A DNA stretch of 64,000 nt from Malacoraja senta (Eukaryota), in assembly GCA_038087875.1 (NCBI GenBank), contig JAXLNO010005343.1, positions 124,001-188,000 on the forward strand. Reading direction: 5' to 3'. The position numbers were made by a program, and so were the translations under genes. Position 1 is the first letter of the stretch. Every line of letters begins with the position of its first letter. Positions 37,041 to 49,900 of this stretch are shown here, piece by piece. The notes beneath the pieces were generated by a model, which worked only from the letters and a program-made list of their open reading frames with translations, ran no database searches and had not been told where the DNA came from.

Positions 37041-37989
37041 CCAGTTACCAACATTGAAGAGATTTATGCGCCCAAGCATTGATGAATTCCAATCAGCTGG
37101 ACTTCTATATTCACAGATTTGTAGAATTTTGAAATATATATATTGGATATTAGCCTCCGAGGTTCTATAGATTCAGTAATTATTCCTGGATAGTTCTGAA
37201 TAGCAAACGTGAAAAACATTGTTTCAGTCACTTATCTCGACGGAGATGCGATTTGCTCCGTGTCGCAATACGCCCCCCCCCCCCACCCCCCTCCCCCTTT
37301 GCGGCCTAACAACCTGGAATGGTGCGCCTTTCGAAGGGCCGAATGGCCTACTCCTGCACCTAATTTCTATGTTTCTATGTTTCTATGTTTTCCTGGATAC
37401 CGGCCCGAAACTTCAGCCGCGGGTGCGGGGCGGATTTACCATCGCGAAGCCGGAGATCCTTTACCGAGGATCGCCAGAAAAAGTGCTCCGACCGCTGTGG
37501 CTGCTGCTTATTTGGGGTTTCCGCAGACTTTCAATCTTCCGAATGCTTTTCAAAATCGGAGCTCGGTGAAAAGAGCACATAGAATAGGGATCAGCAGAGA
37601 CGTGTGAATTGTGACTTGATTGATGATTCGAAAGCGATGAATCGGAATAAACAGACACTTCTCAATGTGGAAGCTCGTGCCCAATGAAAATTAAATGATC
37701 CTTTATTGAAGTATCAATGGATTCGGCAAAGTGGCCAGGTTTAGCGTTGCCTTAAAAATACGCGGTGAGTAATATGTCACGACAGATGAAATACAATGAG
37801 GAAATGCCGTGGCAGATGTACCATGAGGAGAAATTGAAATTATGCACAGACAGTGCACAGGTGCCGATTATTATTTTTTAGGGTAAGATATGCGGAAATG
37901 TTGATATTCAAGGTACCTGCAAGTCACCGAAGTCTATTCATTATTCATTTCCACCAAACAGTGAGGTTCGACAAGCAAGTCGTTAATGT

Positions 37990-38520
37990 TAGATACACAC
38001 AAAAAGCTGGTAGGCAGCATCTATGGAGCGAAGGAATAAGGGTCTCGACCCGAAACGTTACCTATTCCTTCGCTCCATTAATACTGTCTCACTCGCTGAG
38101 TTTCTCCAGCATTTTTGTCTACCTTCGATTTTTCCAGCATCTGCAGTTCTTTCTTAAACACAAAAGCTGGAGTAACTCAGCGGGACGGACAACATCTCTG
38201 GAGAGAAGGAATAGGTGCCGTTTCGGGTCGAGGCCCTTCTGCAGACAGGTTAGGGAAAAGGTAAACGAGAGATATGGACGGTGATGTGGAGAGATAAAGA
38301 ACAATTAATGAAAGTTCTGCAAAACATGTAACGATGATAAAAGAAACAGGCCATTGTAAGCTGTCGGGTGGAAATGAGAAGCTGGTGCGACCTGGGTGGG
38401 GGAGGGATAGAGAGAGAGGGAAGGCCCGGGCTACCCGAAGTGAGAGAAATCAATATTCATACCACCGGGTTGCAAGTTTCCCAAGCGAAATATGAGATGC
38501 TGTTCCTCCAATTTGTTATT
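37990..38520 (-). mobile_element. Penelope-like element 3' fragment; paralog at about 63350-63905
   Basis: Minus strand encodes LEEQHLIFRLGNLQPGGMNIDF (GIY-YIG C-terminal region). Eroded CTGAAGAAGGGTCTCGACCCGAAACGTC-type motifs are present. Confidence 0.65.
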
Positions 38521-41500
38521 GCTATAGAATTTCAGTACCAGAATACACTTGTCATCTTACAGCAACATACGGCCAAGTTGAGACCACATCCGGCCTAATT
38601 TGTTACGGTTTAGCTTATTTACTCCAAAAGTGAACAATTCCATTAATTGGACTACGAGGAAGATTCGCCAGACCATCGTGAGATTGCGGGGATATCATGG
38701 TAGGAGAAATGTGGTTGGAAGTATTGCTTTCTGTAGGATTTTGGTAGGTTCACAGAGTCGTGCAGCACGAGAACAGCCCTTCGTGGCATAGACTCATAGA
38801 GCACGGGAAATGGGCCCTTCACGGGAAAATGTGCCAACAGCTTTCGTTACTAACCCATCTACATGTGACGTCATACACATGTAACCATGTATGCGTATGC
38901 CTAGTTCCCTCTGCTCTATAACTTTCCCCAGGCTTCACTGTAAATGTCCTGCCCTGGTGTGAACTCCCAAAATGCAACACCTCGCAATTGTTTGCATTAA
39001 GCTTAATTAGCTTTCCCTCAATCCATGTGCGCAACTGACCCTGCTGTAATTTTTGATGACCGTCTTCACTGATTAGTCTTTTTAGTTTAGAGGTACAGCG
39101 TGGAAACAGACTCTTTAGCTCACTCAGTCTGCACCAACCAGCAGCCCCCATATATTAACACTGTCGTGCACATACTAAGGACCATTTACATTTAGACCAA
39201 GCCAATTAACCTACAAACCTGTACTACTTTGGAGTGTGGGAGGAAACTAAGATCTCGGAGAAAATTCACGTGGTCACAGGGAGAACGTACAAATTCCATA
39301 CAGACAGCAGCCGTATTCAGATTCGAACCAGAGTCTCTGGCGCTGTAAGGCAGTAACTCTACCATTGCGCTGTCGTGCCGACCCTGTCTACGATACCACC
39401 TTCATTAATGGCATCTGCAGACTTTGTAATCATGCCTTGTTTCTTCTCATCCAAATTGTTAATATAAAACACAAACAGCAATGGACCCAGCCCCGATCCA
39501 GCAAGAGTCACAGCCTTCAATCTGAATTTTTTTAAACTACTTCCGTCCATAACTCAGATTTTCTACCCATTATGCTAGCTCATCTAGCTTTCCAGGGTAA
39601 CTTGGCATGCAGAACATGCTTCCACATAAACATTATCTTCAACCTTCTAAGTTGCTTCTTCAAAACTCTTGGTCATACGTGAGGCTATATCACCTTCGTA
39701 AACACGCCAGGTTCAATTTCACTGATCAGCTATTGCTCATAAAGCTGCATATATACCTTATCTCAGAATACTCTCCAGTAACGTATCTGCCATAGATGTC
39801 AGGCACAGATCTATAGTTCCTAGGCTTTTCCTTGCATGAAAAACATGAAGATCTGGGAACTTGGGGGCAATCAATGAAAGTGTCTTGAGTGCAATCGGTA
39901 TTACGATAGAGGTGCTCAACGTCCTAACGTGTAAAAGGTAGAGAAATCCTCCAGGCCTGATCAGATTTATCCGAGGGCACTGCGGGAAGCTAGAGAACAA
40001 ATTGCAGGTGACCTGGCTGAGATATATGAGTCATCATTAACTATGGGTGAGGTGTCGGAAGATTGCAGGGTGACAATTGTGTACGTAGGAACTGGAGCTG
40101 CTGATTTAAAGCAAAGATGGACACAAAATGCTGAAGTAATTCAGCGGGGCAGACAGCATCTCTAGAGAGAAGGAAAGAGTGACGTTTTGGGTCGAGACCC
40201 TTCTTCAGATGGTTTGGAGTGGAGGGCTCTGAATAGTGGTGTGCTTCCAGGATCGGTGCTGGGCCTATTGTTGTTTGTGGCTTACTGTACATCAACGATT
40301 TGGATGAGAACATACAAGGCCAGATTAGTAAGATTGCAGACGACTTAATTGGGTAATATGTAGATAGCGAAAATGGTTATCAAAGGTTACAGCAGGATTT
40401 GTTCAGTTGGGCAAGTAGGCTGGTCAATGGTTAATGAGTTTAATGCAGATAAGTGTGAGGTTTTGTATTTTGGGGAAGTCAAATGTGGGCAGGACTTGTA
40501 TAGTAAACGGCAAAACGCCACGGGAGTATGCTGGTACAGTACATGGTTCCTTGAGAGTGGTGTCACAGGTAGACAATGTGGTTAAGAAGGCTTTCGGCAC
40601 ACAGGCCTTCATCAGTCAGGGTAATGAGTATAGAATTTGGGATGTTGTTACAGCTGTATCAGGAGCTGGGGAGCCGTTTTCCACATGATAGTGGGGATAT
40701 GAAATGAACTGCCAGATGAGATTATTGAGGCTGAAACTACAACAACATTTAAAGGACATTTGAACAGGACATGGATGGTTTTGGAGACCAAACGCCGGCA
40801 GATGGTACTAATGCAGATGGGACACCGTGATCGGCATGATGCATTCCAACCCCTCTGCCAACATATCTCTGTGTAAAGAGCTTGCCCCATACATCAATAT
40901 TAAACTTCCCCCACTCAGTTTATATCTATGCCCTCTAAAGTTGGACATTCCCCACCCTAAGATAACATTTGTGACAGACTACCCTATCTATGCCCGTCAT
41001 ATTTTAATTTTTTTTAAATCTATTGTCCACTCAGCCTCTGACGTTCCAGAGAAAATAATCCAGGTTTATCCAACCTCTCCATGTAGCTGAAACTCCCTAA
41101 TCCAGGCAACGTTCTGGTAAACCTCCTCTGCATCCTCTCCGATGCATCCACATCATTCCTGTAATGGGGCAACCGGAACTGTACGCAAAACTAACTGCAG
41201 CTAATCAATCCAAAGTAACAAATCACCATGTCTCCCACAAATTAAAATCTTCTCGATTAGCATTCAATTACGGAATTTCTCGAAATGGTTTGATAGAATC
41301 CATGCAGAAAAATATCACTGCCCCATCCACATAAATCATCTTCATCATTACATTAAATTCAATCAGACGTGAGCTCCAATAGATTCCCGATGGCTGACAT
41401 GAACCTCAACAGCTTATGATTTCCTTGATTACTTCTTTCCCTCAGAAAGTAAAGCGCAACATTCGCTACTCTTCAGTCATCCGGGAACTCGATTGTGGCT

Positions 41501-42355
41501 TAAGTGGATACGAAAGTCCTCATCAAAGGCGCTGCAATCGCAACTCCTCCTTTGCCTCCCTCAATAAAAAGGGGCAGATTCCACCGGACCCTCGGATATT
41601 ATGCACCTTAAGGCTTTTGAAGTGAACCAACACCTCTTTCTTCTTCTCAAAGTGCACCAGCATATTGTCCCCTAATTTACAATAGATCATCCAATCATTC
41701 CTCGCCTATACAACCTCATTCCTCCTCCTTACTGGCGTATACTGGTCCTGATTTCTGATCAGTTGGCCTTTAATCGACCACCATGTCCAATGTAAACGTA
41801 CCCAACAACATCTGCTCACCATTTCATCTCCCCCAATATCTAGATGGATCCTTATTCGCAGCTATCTTAAAACTTATGGATTTATGATCAGGGATCCCAA
41901 AATACACTTCTACTGAAACATCAAGCTCATTTCCCAAAGCAAGGTGTAACATGGTCCGGCGTCGAGTTGCAATATCCACAGACTATTTCAAGAAACTACT
42001 TTCGATACACCAAGCTTGCTCTTTTTAGATTTTCTGCATGAAGGCAGTCACAGTCAATAATGGGGATTTGTCACCGATACCAGAAACTTGATGTTTTGAC
42101 ATCTTTCTCTAATCTCCCCACATATCTGTTTCTCTCTCATTCACCGGCTATAGGGAGGCCGATGGTATAATCCCATTAGAGTTGTTACACATCTCTTTAT
42201 ATTGTGTTCCACTCCCATTGCCTCAGTAGATGAGTATGTGAGTGCCGCTGACATTTTCCTGATTAGTAATGCAATTCCTGTATCTCTTGTACCCCTATAA
42301 TGCCTATAATGTATGAAACATCAAAACTCATAAATTTTGAGTTAGCAGTCATCGA

Positions 42356-42672
42356 TCAAGTCAAGTCAAGTCAAGAGAGTTCATTGTCATGTCCCAGATA
42401 GGACAATGAAATTCTTGCTTGCTGCAGCACAACAGAATATTGTAAGCAAAAATACAGAACAGTTCAGTTCAATATACACATAAATAAGCAGATAAAGTGC
42501 AATAGGCTGTTACAGTTCAGAGTCTGTTTGTTGACGAGTTTCATAGCCTGATGGCTGTGGGGAAGTAGCTGTTCCTGATCCTGGATGTAACAGATCTCAG
42601 ACTCCTGTACCTTCTGCCCGGTGGTAGCGGAGAGATGAGTGCGTGGCCAGGATGGTGTGGGTCCTTGATGAT
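42356..42672 (-). mobile_element. Rex1/Babar-type LINE 3' fragment; duplicate at about 51808-52122
   Basis: Minus strand encodes IIKDPHHPGHALISPLPPGRRYRSLRSVTSRIRNSYFP. (CTTGA)n tail. Confidence 0.7.
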
Positions 42673-42949
42673 CATCCACTTTACCTGTAATGCTCCTTGG
42701 AATAAACACATCTCAACCGATCTGTTTCAACGTGTTATTTAGCCTCACTCAAAACACACTTCAGAAAATCCATCTTAACATTTTTTTATTAACCTTTTCC
42801 TGTCTCACCTCCATTTCAGACTAATGGGTCATAACCCCGATCTTGCCACTGGGCCATAACTGGGTCATAACACCTATCTCGCGTCTATCACATAGTTCCA
42901 TGGGCTGACCTGCTGCTTCCACACACCGCCCGCCCCCCCCCCTCCGTGC

Positions 42950-43400
42950 TCAGTCCACGCCACCGCTCGTGCATATATCCTCCCAAGTAACTGCAAGGAC
43001 ACCGCCTCTACCTCCCAGTTCAATTGCAGCCCATTCGTTTTATATAGGTCCTATTTGTCCTGTAAGAATACCCAATGACCCATATATTTTATGCCAGGGC
43101 CTTAGCCACGTAGTAACTTGGATTATTCTGCTATTCCTTTCGATACCGTTTTGTATTCCCGAGATAGCAATACAGGAGGTCTTGTTTTTTCACCGAATAC
43201 CGAACTCCCTAAATTCTCTTTGCAGACCCTCGTGTCCCTTTCTACATATGACATTGATGCTAATATGGACCACGAGATATGGCTTCTCACCCTCCCGTCT
43301 CACAATATTCCGTGTTTGCCACGTGACATCCGTAACATCAGACAACAGAGTGAGGACAGAGCATTCTTGAGTATCTCTTGCTGCCAGTGAAACCATTGAC
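42950..43400 (-). mobile_element. Decayed CR1 ORF1 (esterase-like) fragment; duplicate at about 52400-52855
   Basis: VVHISINVICRKGHEGLQREFREFG resembles CR1 ORF1 VVVHIGTNDIGRK...LxxEFRELG. Confidence 0.65.
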
Positions 43401-43621
43401 TGGAGGCGACTGTCACTATTTCCTTTGAACTAATTTAACAGTGACGTTCAGAAGACTTAGATAAACAAGATGTTTTCATACTTTTTATTTATTCTCTGAG
43501 TCACAAATATTTGATCAGAAATACGCTGAATGAGTTAACATTGAGCTTTTCTCTGCCTGGCGGAACTAATTTCAGACGTTCAAAGATAGCTCCCGTCTAT
43601 CACGTAGTCATCAACTGCTGT

Positions 43622-43869
43622 CAGGGCCGGATTTAGATGAAGAGAGGTCCTAGGCTGTTCCACTTGTGAGGCTGCTCCCAATCCCCCACCCCCACGACTA
43701 GAGGAAGATGGTACACCAGATTGACACCGATTTGCAGCCGAGCATGGCCAGGGACGGATTTTGATGAAGAGAGGCTGTTCCACTTGTGAGGCCCCTCCCA
43801 ATCTCCCACCCCACGACTAGAGGAAGATGGTCCACCAGATTGACACCGATTTGCAGCCGAGCGTGGCCA
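43622..43869 (+). repeat. Two tandem copies of a ~125-bp unit starting CAGGGCCGGATT (hAT-like terminus)
   Basis: 43622-43748 and 43749-43869 align directly. Duplicated again at about 53077-53325. Confidence 0.75.
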
Positions 43870-45111
43870 ATTAGATAAGGGGCTGGAAAGCTGCGGTTTT
43901 ATTTATTTATTTATTTATTTATTGCCAGTGTCGCGTTATCGGCTTAAAACACTATTATTCTGAAATGGAGGGCAAGGAAAATTACTGAAGGGTTGTTTAG
44001 AGACTACAGTGCGTTGTGACAGGATATGTAAAAAAGGCCTATGACAGTGTCAAAAATATTATACACCTTGCAGTGCTCTCACTTAATTTTTTCTCTGTTG
44101 TCAGGGCAACCTTGGCAGCTTTTTAAGTTGCCAAATGACACTTTAGGTTGTCATTTAAGACGGCTTGCATGACGCGTGCGATAATGTGCTCGGACCACGT
44201 CCGTAGTTTACCAGTCAGAATTATGCTCAATGAAGCATTCACATATTATTTCTGCTTCAAATAAAGTCACTAAACATATTCACCAATTAAGACAAGACGT
44301 GATATATACCACAATGACATGCAGCAAAATTATAATACAGTATCTCAACTCTTTATACACGTTGCAATGAATGCAATCTATATACTTTAAAATTGTGTGT
44401 GTGTGTGTGTGTGTGTGTGGGGGGGGGGGGGTGTATTGTCATATTTTTTGCCTTTGATTCGTTACTCCGCCAAAACCAGACTAAAACACGCCGAGATTTT
44501 TACCATTTCGCTAGCGATTTCACTTTACATTCGCTCATCCACTCCTCATTAAATTTAGTCATTTTTCTGTACACATTTTTAATAAAATCCTCCCCCCCCC
44601 CCTCCCCCCCCCCCCCACCCCCCCCCACTCACTCATTTTTTCGCCTCACGCTGGCTACCTTCTCTTCGCGTGCCCCGCGCGACCATAACGGCTGCTGCCG
44701 CCCGGCTCTACTCCACCATCCCCCCCCCCCCCGGCCCGGCTCTGTCACGCTGGTGGAAGCCAAAGATCGGCTGTTCCCTCGCTGCTTTTCGCCGTCCTCG
44801 CTGGCGGCCCGCACGCTTGCACTGTCCGAAAATCCCGCGCGTCAACGGCCTGTCGCCCCGCAGGCGCATTGAGGGACGTACGCAGCGTCTCGACGGGCGT
44901 ACGCAGCGTCTTGACGTCGTACGCAGCGTCCTGACGTCGTACGCCTGGCCCGCAGGCTCACTCGGGATCACGCCCGCCGCCCACTCCACCCCCCCCTCCC
45001 CGTACTCGGGGTCTGAAGCGCCGATGATGCAAGGCCATGGAGCTGAGGTTCACTCTGAGGCCGACGGCTGCTGGGCGGCCCTACCCCTCTCCTCCCTCCC
45101 TTCTTAATTTA

Positions 45112-45160
45112 ATATCAATGGGGGTGGTTAGTGTGTGTTGTGTGTTGTGTGTGTGTGTGT

Positions 45161-45205
<45 letters not shown>
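45112..45205. repeat. (GT)n microsatellite
   Basis: Visible directly. The corresponding position in copy B is the N gap. Confidence 0.95.
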
Positions 45206-45206
<1 letters not shown>

Positions 45207-45340
45207 CGCCTCAGGCCAGCCCTCCCTCGCAACCGCGCGTTGCGGGAACAGACCGAACGGGTCTGCACTTGGTCTAGTTTCTATTATTTCTTTCCACTTC
45301 CAAACAAAAATGTGGTTGGATTATTCAGCGTATGATCAAC

Positions 45341-45400
45341 CTCGGTGAGACCAAGCGCAGGCTTGGCGATCGCTTCGCACAACACCTCCACTCAGTTCGA
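45341..45400 (+). mobile_element. Penelope-like GIY-YIG fragment
   Basis: Encodes LGETKRRLGDRFAQHLHSVR. Confidence 0.65.
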
Positions 45401-46386
45401 AGTTGAGAGCAGTTAATACTCACTTTGTTGCATCCAGTTATCATTACAATTTGAAGAATAGCCGGGCAACCAATATGAGCTCGTAATCGAATTAGTTGTG
45501 AAGCTTTCATCAAAATACCTCATAGCATTAACCACACGACGTTCGTCAACCTGGAACATGAATTTGAAGATAAATATGAACAATGCAGTTATTGCTTTAC
45601 ATTTACTAACTATAATATAATCTTGCCCGTGAATCTGTGAGCATGTGGCCCTTTTAGCATCTAAATATAAGCCTTCCTAAAATGAGGAAAAATTGTACTC
45701 CGGATGTCCACTTCCGTTCAAGTAAGGTCTGGTGATTAGATTATATACAACCGGTAATGAAGACCTGTTAGTTTAATCGTTTCAGACGGAGTATAAAAAT
45801 AAGGACATTTGAATGAGTGAATGATTACGCTGCCACACTTCTATTACTTTCGTGCGGTCTAATTATTGCCTGACCTGTTCCGGATTGAGCCACGCCTTTA
45901 GTTTCCATTCTTCAGTCCCTGCAAGTAAGCGCGTAAATGTTCTGTGATTGCACATAAAGGAGACCATTCTAGCAGATTTAGAGTCGTATGATTGACGCAT
46001 TCTTTCCTTTCTGATCAGAAAATTCATTGTCGATTTCTTTCAACTCATCTCACCTTTAGGCGTGTTTCCTCTGCGGATTTTGTATGCAGGTACAGCTTTT
46101 TTTACAAAACATAGTTTCATTTTGTGTTCATGAGTAGCTCACCCCAATTACGAGTATGTTTAATTAACCCTACGCATAAAAATGATAACTAAATGATATG
46201 AAATTAAAGAATAATGATTGTCCAAAGATCTCATGGTCCAACAATCACGAAAAAAACAATTACTTAAATCTTTAGAGCAAACCTTCTAGTACAGACTGAG
46301 AAAGGGTCCGTTATTGCTACTTTATAACTCTGTAGCACACCATATTTGTTTTTGTATTGTGATTCGAAACATCATTATAGACTCAC

Positions 46387-46709
46387 CGTGTACAATAATC
46401 CTCGTGCCATTGCTTTTGGAACTCTTCCTTCTCCGCCTCTCACACTGCAATAATAGATCCCGGAGTCACGGAAGCTCACGTCCAACAGATGTAATTCGGC
46501 AGATCCCTTCAGGACATTGTTCATTTTCATGCTCCTGTATGCGGTGGGATTCAAAGTCTCTCTCTTGACCGTCTCTCTTCCAGTATACATCCACCAGTGC
46601 ATTCTGACCAAAGATTGGGAAAGTACAGTACAGGATACATTTTCACCTGTCACCTTCGTTACCTTATCGGGAATCTGACGCACCCTGAACGAGGAGGCCC
46701 CGTCAGTAA
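46387..46709 (-). pseudogene. VJ exon copy 3; identical to copy 4 apart from three 1-nt indels (net -1)
   Basis: 323 nt versus 324 nt. The indels fall in a G run, a TC tract and a T run. Splice sites are intact (CAG| and G|GTGAGT). May be sequencing error. Confidence 0.8.
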
Positions 46710-46878
46710 CTGTCAGAATTAAAAACAAACGTTAAACATGTGAAATGACATTGAATGGATCGATAAAATTCCAAATGACTGAGATAGATAGACCGAAAAG
46801 TAAGAGTTGTACATCTTATACTTTTCGCGGATTGACTTTTTCCTGATATTTTCATTTAATAGAGAGAAATATATTAAC

Positions 46879-46933
46879 CTGTGTAACTCATGTGCAGGAT
46901 CGAGAGACACAGCAGCACGGCAAACATAAACAT
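46879..46933 (-). CDS. Leader exon copy 3, MFMFAVLLCLSILHMSYT
   Basis: ATG, 55 nt, donor G|GTTAAT. Confidence 0.8.
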
Positions 46934-49900
46934 TCTGAACAAAGGGGGTGAAATTCAACGATGTTTCCTCTTTGACAGCGAGTCAAGCAGTGAAGCTTGT
47001 TGGCGACCGTCTTGCAGCAATACCGCGTGGCCCGATACTGTACATTATCTCTGCCTTGGGAAAAGGACAAATGAGGCTTATGGATATGCCGTTGAATAAA
47101 GGACGGGCGCAGGGATAAAGGAAAATATAATACTTTCAAAACCTAAATGTTACTAAAGAATTTAGAATCTAGAGAATATAGAAACAGTCCCAACGGAGCA
47201 TCTAATCCACACCAACCATCGATCACCCCTTCACACCAGTTCCATGTTATCCCACTTTCTCACCCACTACCTGCATGTTAAGGGCAAATTACAGCAGCCA
47301 ACAAAGCAGCAAGTCTTTGGGATGTAGGAAGAAATCACACGTAGAAAATCCATGTAGTTACAAGGAGAAATTGCAAATTCCACACAGTCAGCACCGAACG
47401 AGGTTAGGATCGAACGAGGATCTCCGCCAATGTGAGGCAGCATCTCGACCAGTTACCACCATTGAAGAGGTTTATGCGCCCAAGCATTGATGAATTACAA
47501 TCAGCTGGTCTTCTATGTTGTTTAAGGAGGAACTGCAGATGCTGGAAAATCGAAGGTAGACAAAAGTGCTGGAGAAACTCAGCGCGTGCAGCAGCGTCTA
47601 TGGAGCGAAGGAAATAGGCAACGTTTCGGGCCGCAACGCTTCTTCAGTCTTCAATGTTCACAGATTTGTAGAATTTGAAATATATATATTATATATTATC
47701 CTCCGTGGTTCTATAGATTCAGTAATTATTCCAGGATAATTCTAAGTAGCAAATGTGAAACTTCCCTTTGGTTTCCAATGTGTTTTGGTTAGTTTATGTG
47801 GGGTTGAGGGGGGGGGGTTTGGGGAAACATTGTTTCGGTCACTTACTTCGACGGAGATGCGATTTGCTCCTTGTCGCATCTCCCCCGCCCCTCTCCCCTC
47901 CTTTTGCGGCGTAACATCCTGGAGTGGTGCGCCTTTCCTGGGTACCGGGCACGGAGCTTCAGCCGCGAGCGCGGCGCGGAACCTGGGATCCTTTACCGAC
48001 GATCGCCAGAAGAAGAGCTCCGACCATATAACCATATAACCTTTACAGCACGGAAACAGGCCATCTCGGCCTTCAAGTCCTTGCCGAACACTTTTTTCCC
48101 CCTTCTTTCTTCTTTCTTCCCCCTAGTTCCATCTACCTGCACTCAGACCATAACCCTCCATTCCTTTGATTTGATTTGATTTCTTGTCATTTGAACCTCA
48201 AAGAGGCTCAAAACGAAACTCCGTTTCCACAGCCATACAAAACAAAACAATTCCTACTCGACACACAAACAATTCAATTTACAGAAAAACATCCATCGCA
48301 GCGAATCTCCTCCTCACTGTGATGGAAGGCAAAGTCATTTCTCTCCCTTCTACCATTTTTCTCTCCGGTGTTGAAGCCCCAGGCGGGCAATGTTAAGTCC
48401 CACGGCCGTTGAGGCAGCGCCGGGCGGTATACAGCTTCGCTCCGGGCCCAAAGTCACAAGTTGGAGCCCCGGCGGCCGCTGGAATTTCCCGCGGCTTTAA
48501 CATTAAAGCCGACCGGAGCGATTTACGGCCCCGCTCCGGGTCGTTCCAACCCCGCGACTCGAGCTGGAGAAGTTGCGTTGCGGGAGCTCCGGAAAGCGGT
48601 CTCTCACCCGGACCCGCGAGCTCCCGATGTCCCAGTCCACGGGTCTGCAGCTGCAGCTGCAGCTCCGGAGTGAGCAGCAACGAGTCACCACCGCTCCCCG
48701 CGCTCCGAGGCCGGCCAGCCCCACGATGGTAAGTCCGCAGCTCCACGGTCGTCCCGGTCGGAGGCCGTATTCAGATTCGAACCAGAGTCTCTGGCGCTGT
48801 ATAGGCAGTAACTCTACCATTGCGCTGTCGTGCCGACCCTGTCTACGATACCACCTTCATTAATGGCATCTGCAGACTTTGTAATCATGCCTTGTTTCTT
48901 CTCATCCAAATTGTTAATATAAAACACAAACAGCAATGGACCCAGCCCCGATCCAGCAAGAGTCACAGCCTTCAATCTGAATTTTTTTAAACTACTTCCG
49001 TCCATAACTCAGATTTTCTACCCATTATGCTAGCTCATCTAGCTTTCCAGGGTAACTTGGCATGCAGAACATGCTTCCACATAAACATTATCTTCAACCT
49101 TCTAAGTTGCTTCTTCAAAACTCTTGGTCATACGTGAGGCTATATCACCTTCGTAAACACGCCAGGTTCAATTTCACTGATCAGCTATTGCTCATAAAGC
49201 TGCATATATACCTTATCTCAGAATACTCTCCAGTAACGTATCTGCCATAGATGTCAGGCACAGATCTATAGTTCCTAGGCTTTTCCTTGCATGAAAAACA
49301 TGAAGATCTGGGAACTTGGGGCAATCAATGAAAGTGTCTTGAGTGCAATCGGTATTACGATAGAGGTGCTCAACGTCCTAACGTGTAAAAGGTAGAGAAA
49401 TCCTCCAGGCCTGATCAGATTTATCCGAGGGCACTGCGGGAAGCTAGAGAACAAATTGCAGGTGACCTGGCTGAGATATATGAGTCATCATTAACTATGG
49501 TGAGGTGTCGGAAGATTGCAGGGTGACAATTGTGTACGTAGGAACTGGAGCTGCTGATTTAAAGCAAAGATGGACACAAAATGCTGAAGTAATTCAGCGG
49601 GGCAGACAGCATCTCTAGAGAGAAGGAAAGAGTGACGTTTGGGTCGAGACCCTTCTTCAGATGGTTTGGAGTGGAGGGCTCTGAATAGTGGTGTGCTTCC
49701 AGGATCGGTGCTGGGCCTATTGTTGTTTGTGGCTTACTGTACATCAACGATTTGGATGAGAACATACAAGGCCAGATTAGTAAGATTGCAGACGACTTAA
49801 TTGGGTAATATTGTAGATAGCGAAAATGGTTATCAAAGGTTACAGCAGGATTTTGTTCAGTTGGGCAAGTAGGCTGGTCAATGGTTAATGAGTTTAATGC

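Larger units (their letters stand above)
39310..48767. repeat. Tandem segmental duplication, copy A (period 9454 bp)
   Basis: Near-identical to 48764-58240 throughout. Differences are mostly 1-nt indels in homopolymers plus a few transitions. Confidence 0.95.

Noticed and set aside
44877-44945. Short direct repeats as a CRISPR-like array
   Set aside because: No unique spacers, and the context is eukaryotic.
45661-45676. EGLYL match to the C1 E strand on the minus strand
   Set aside because: Five residues only, with an in-frame stop immediately upstream and no C1 cysteines or tryptophan.
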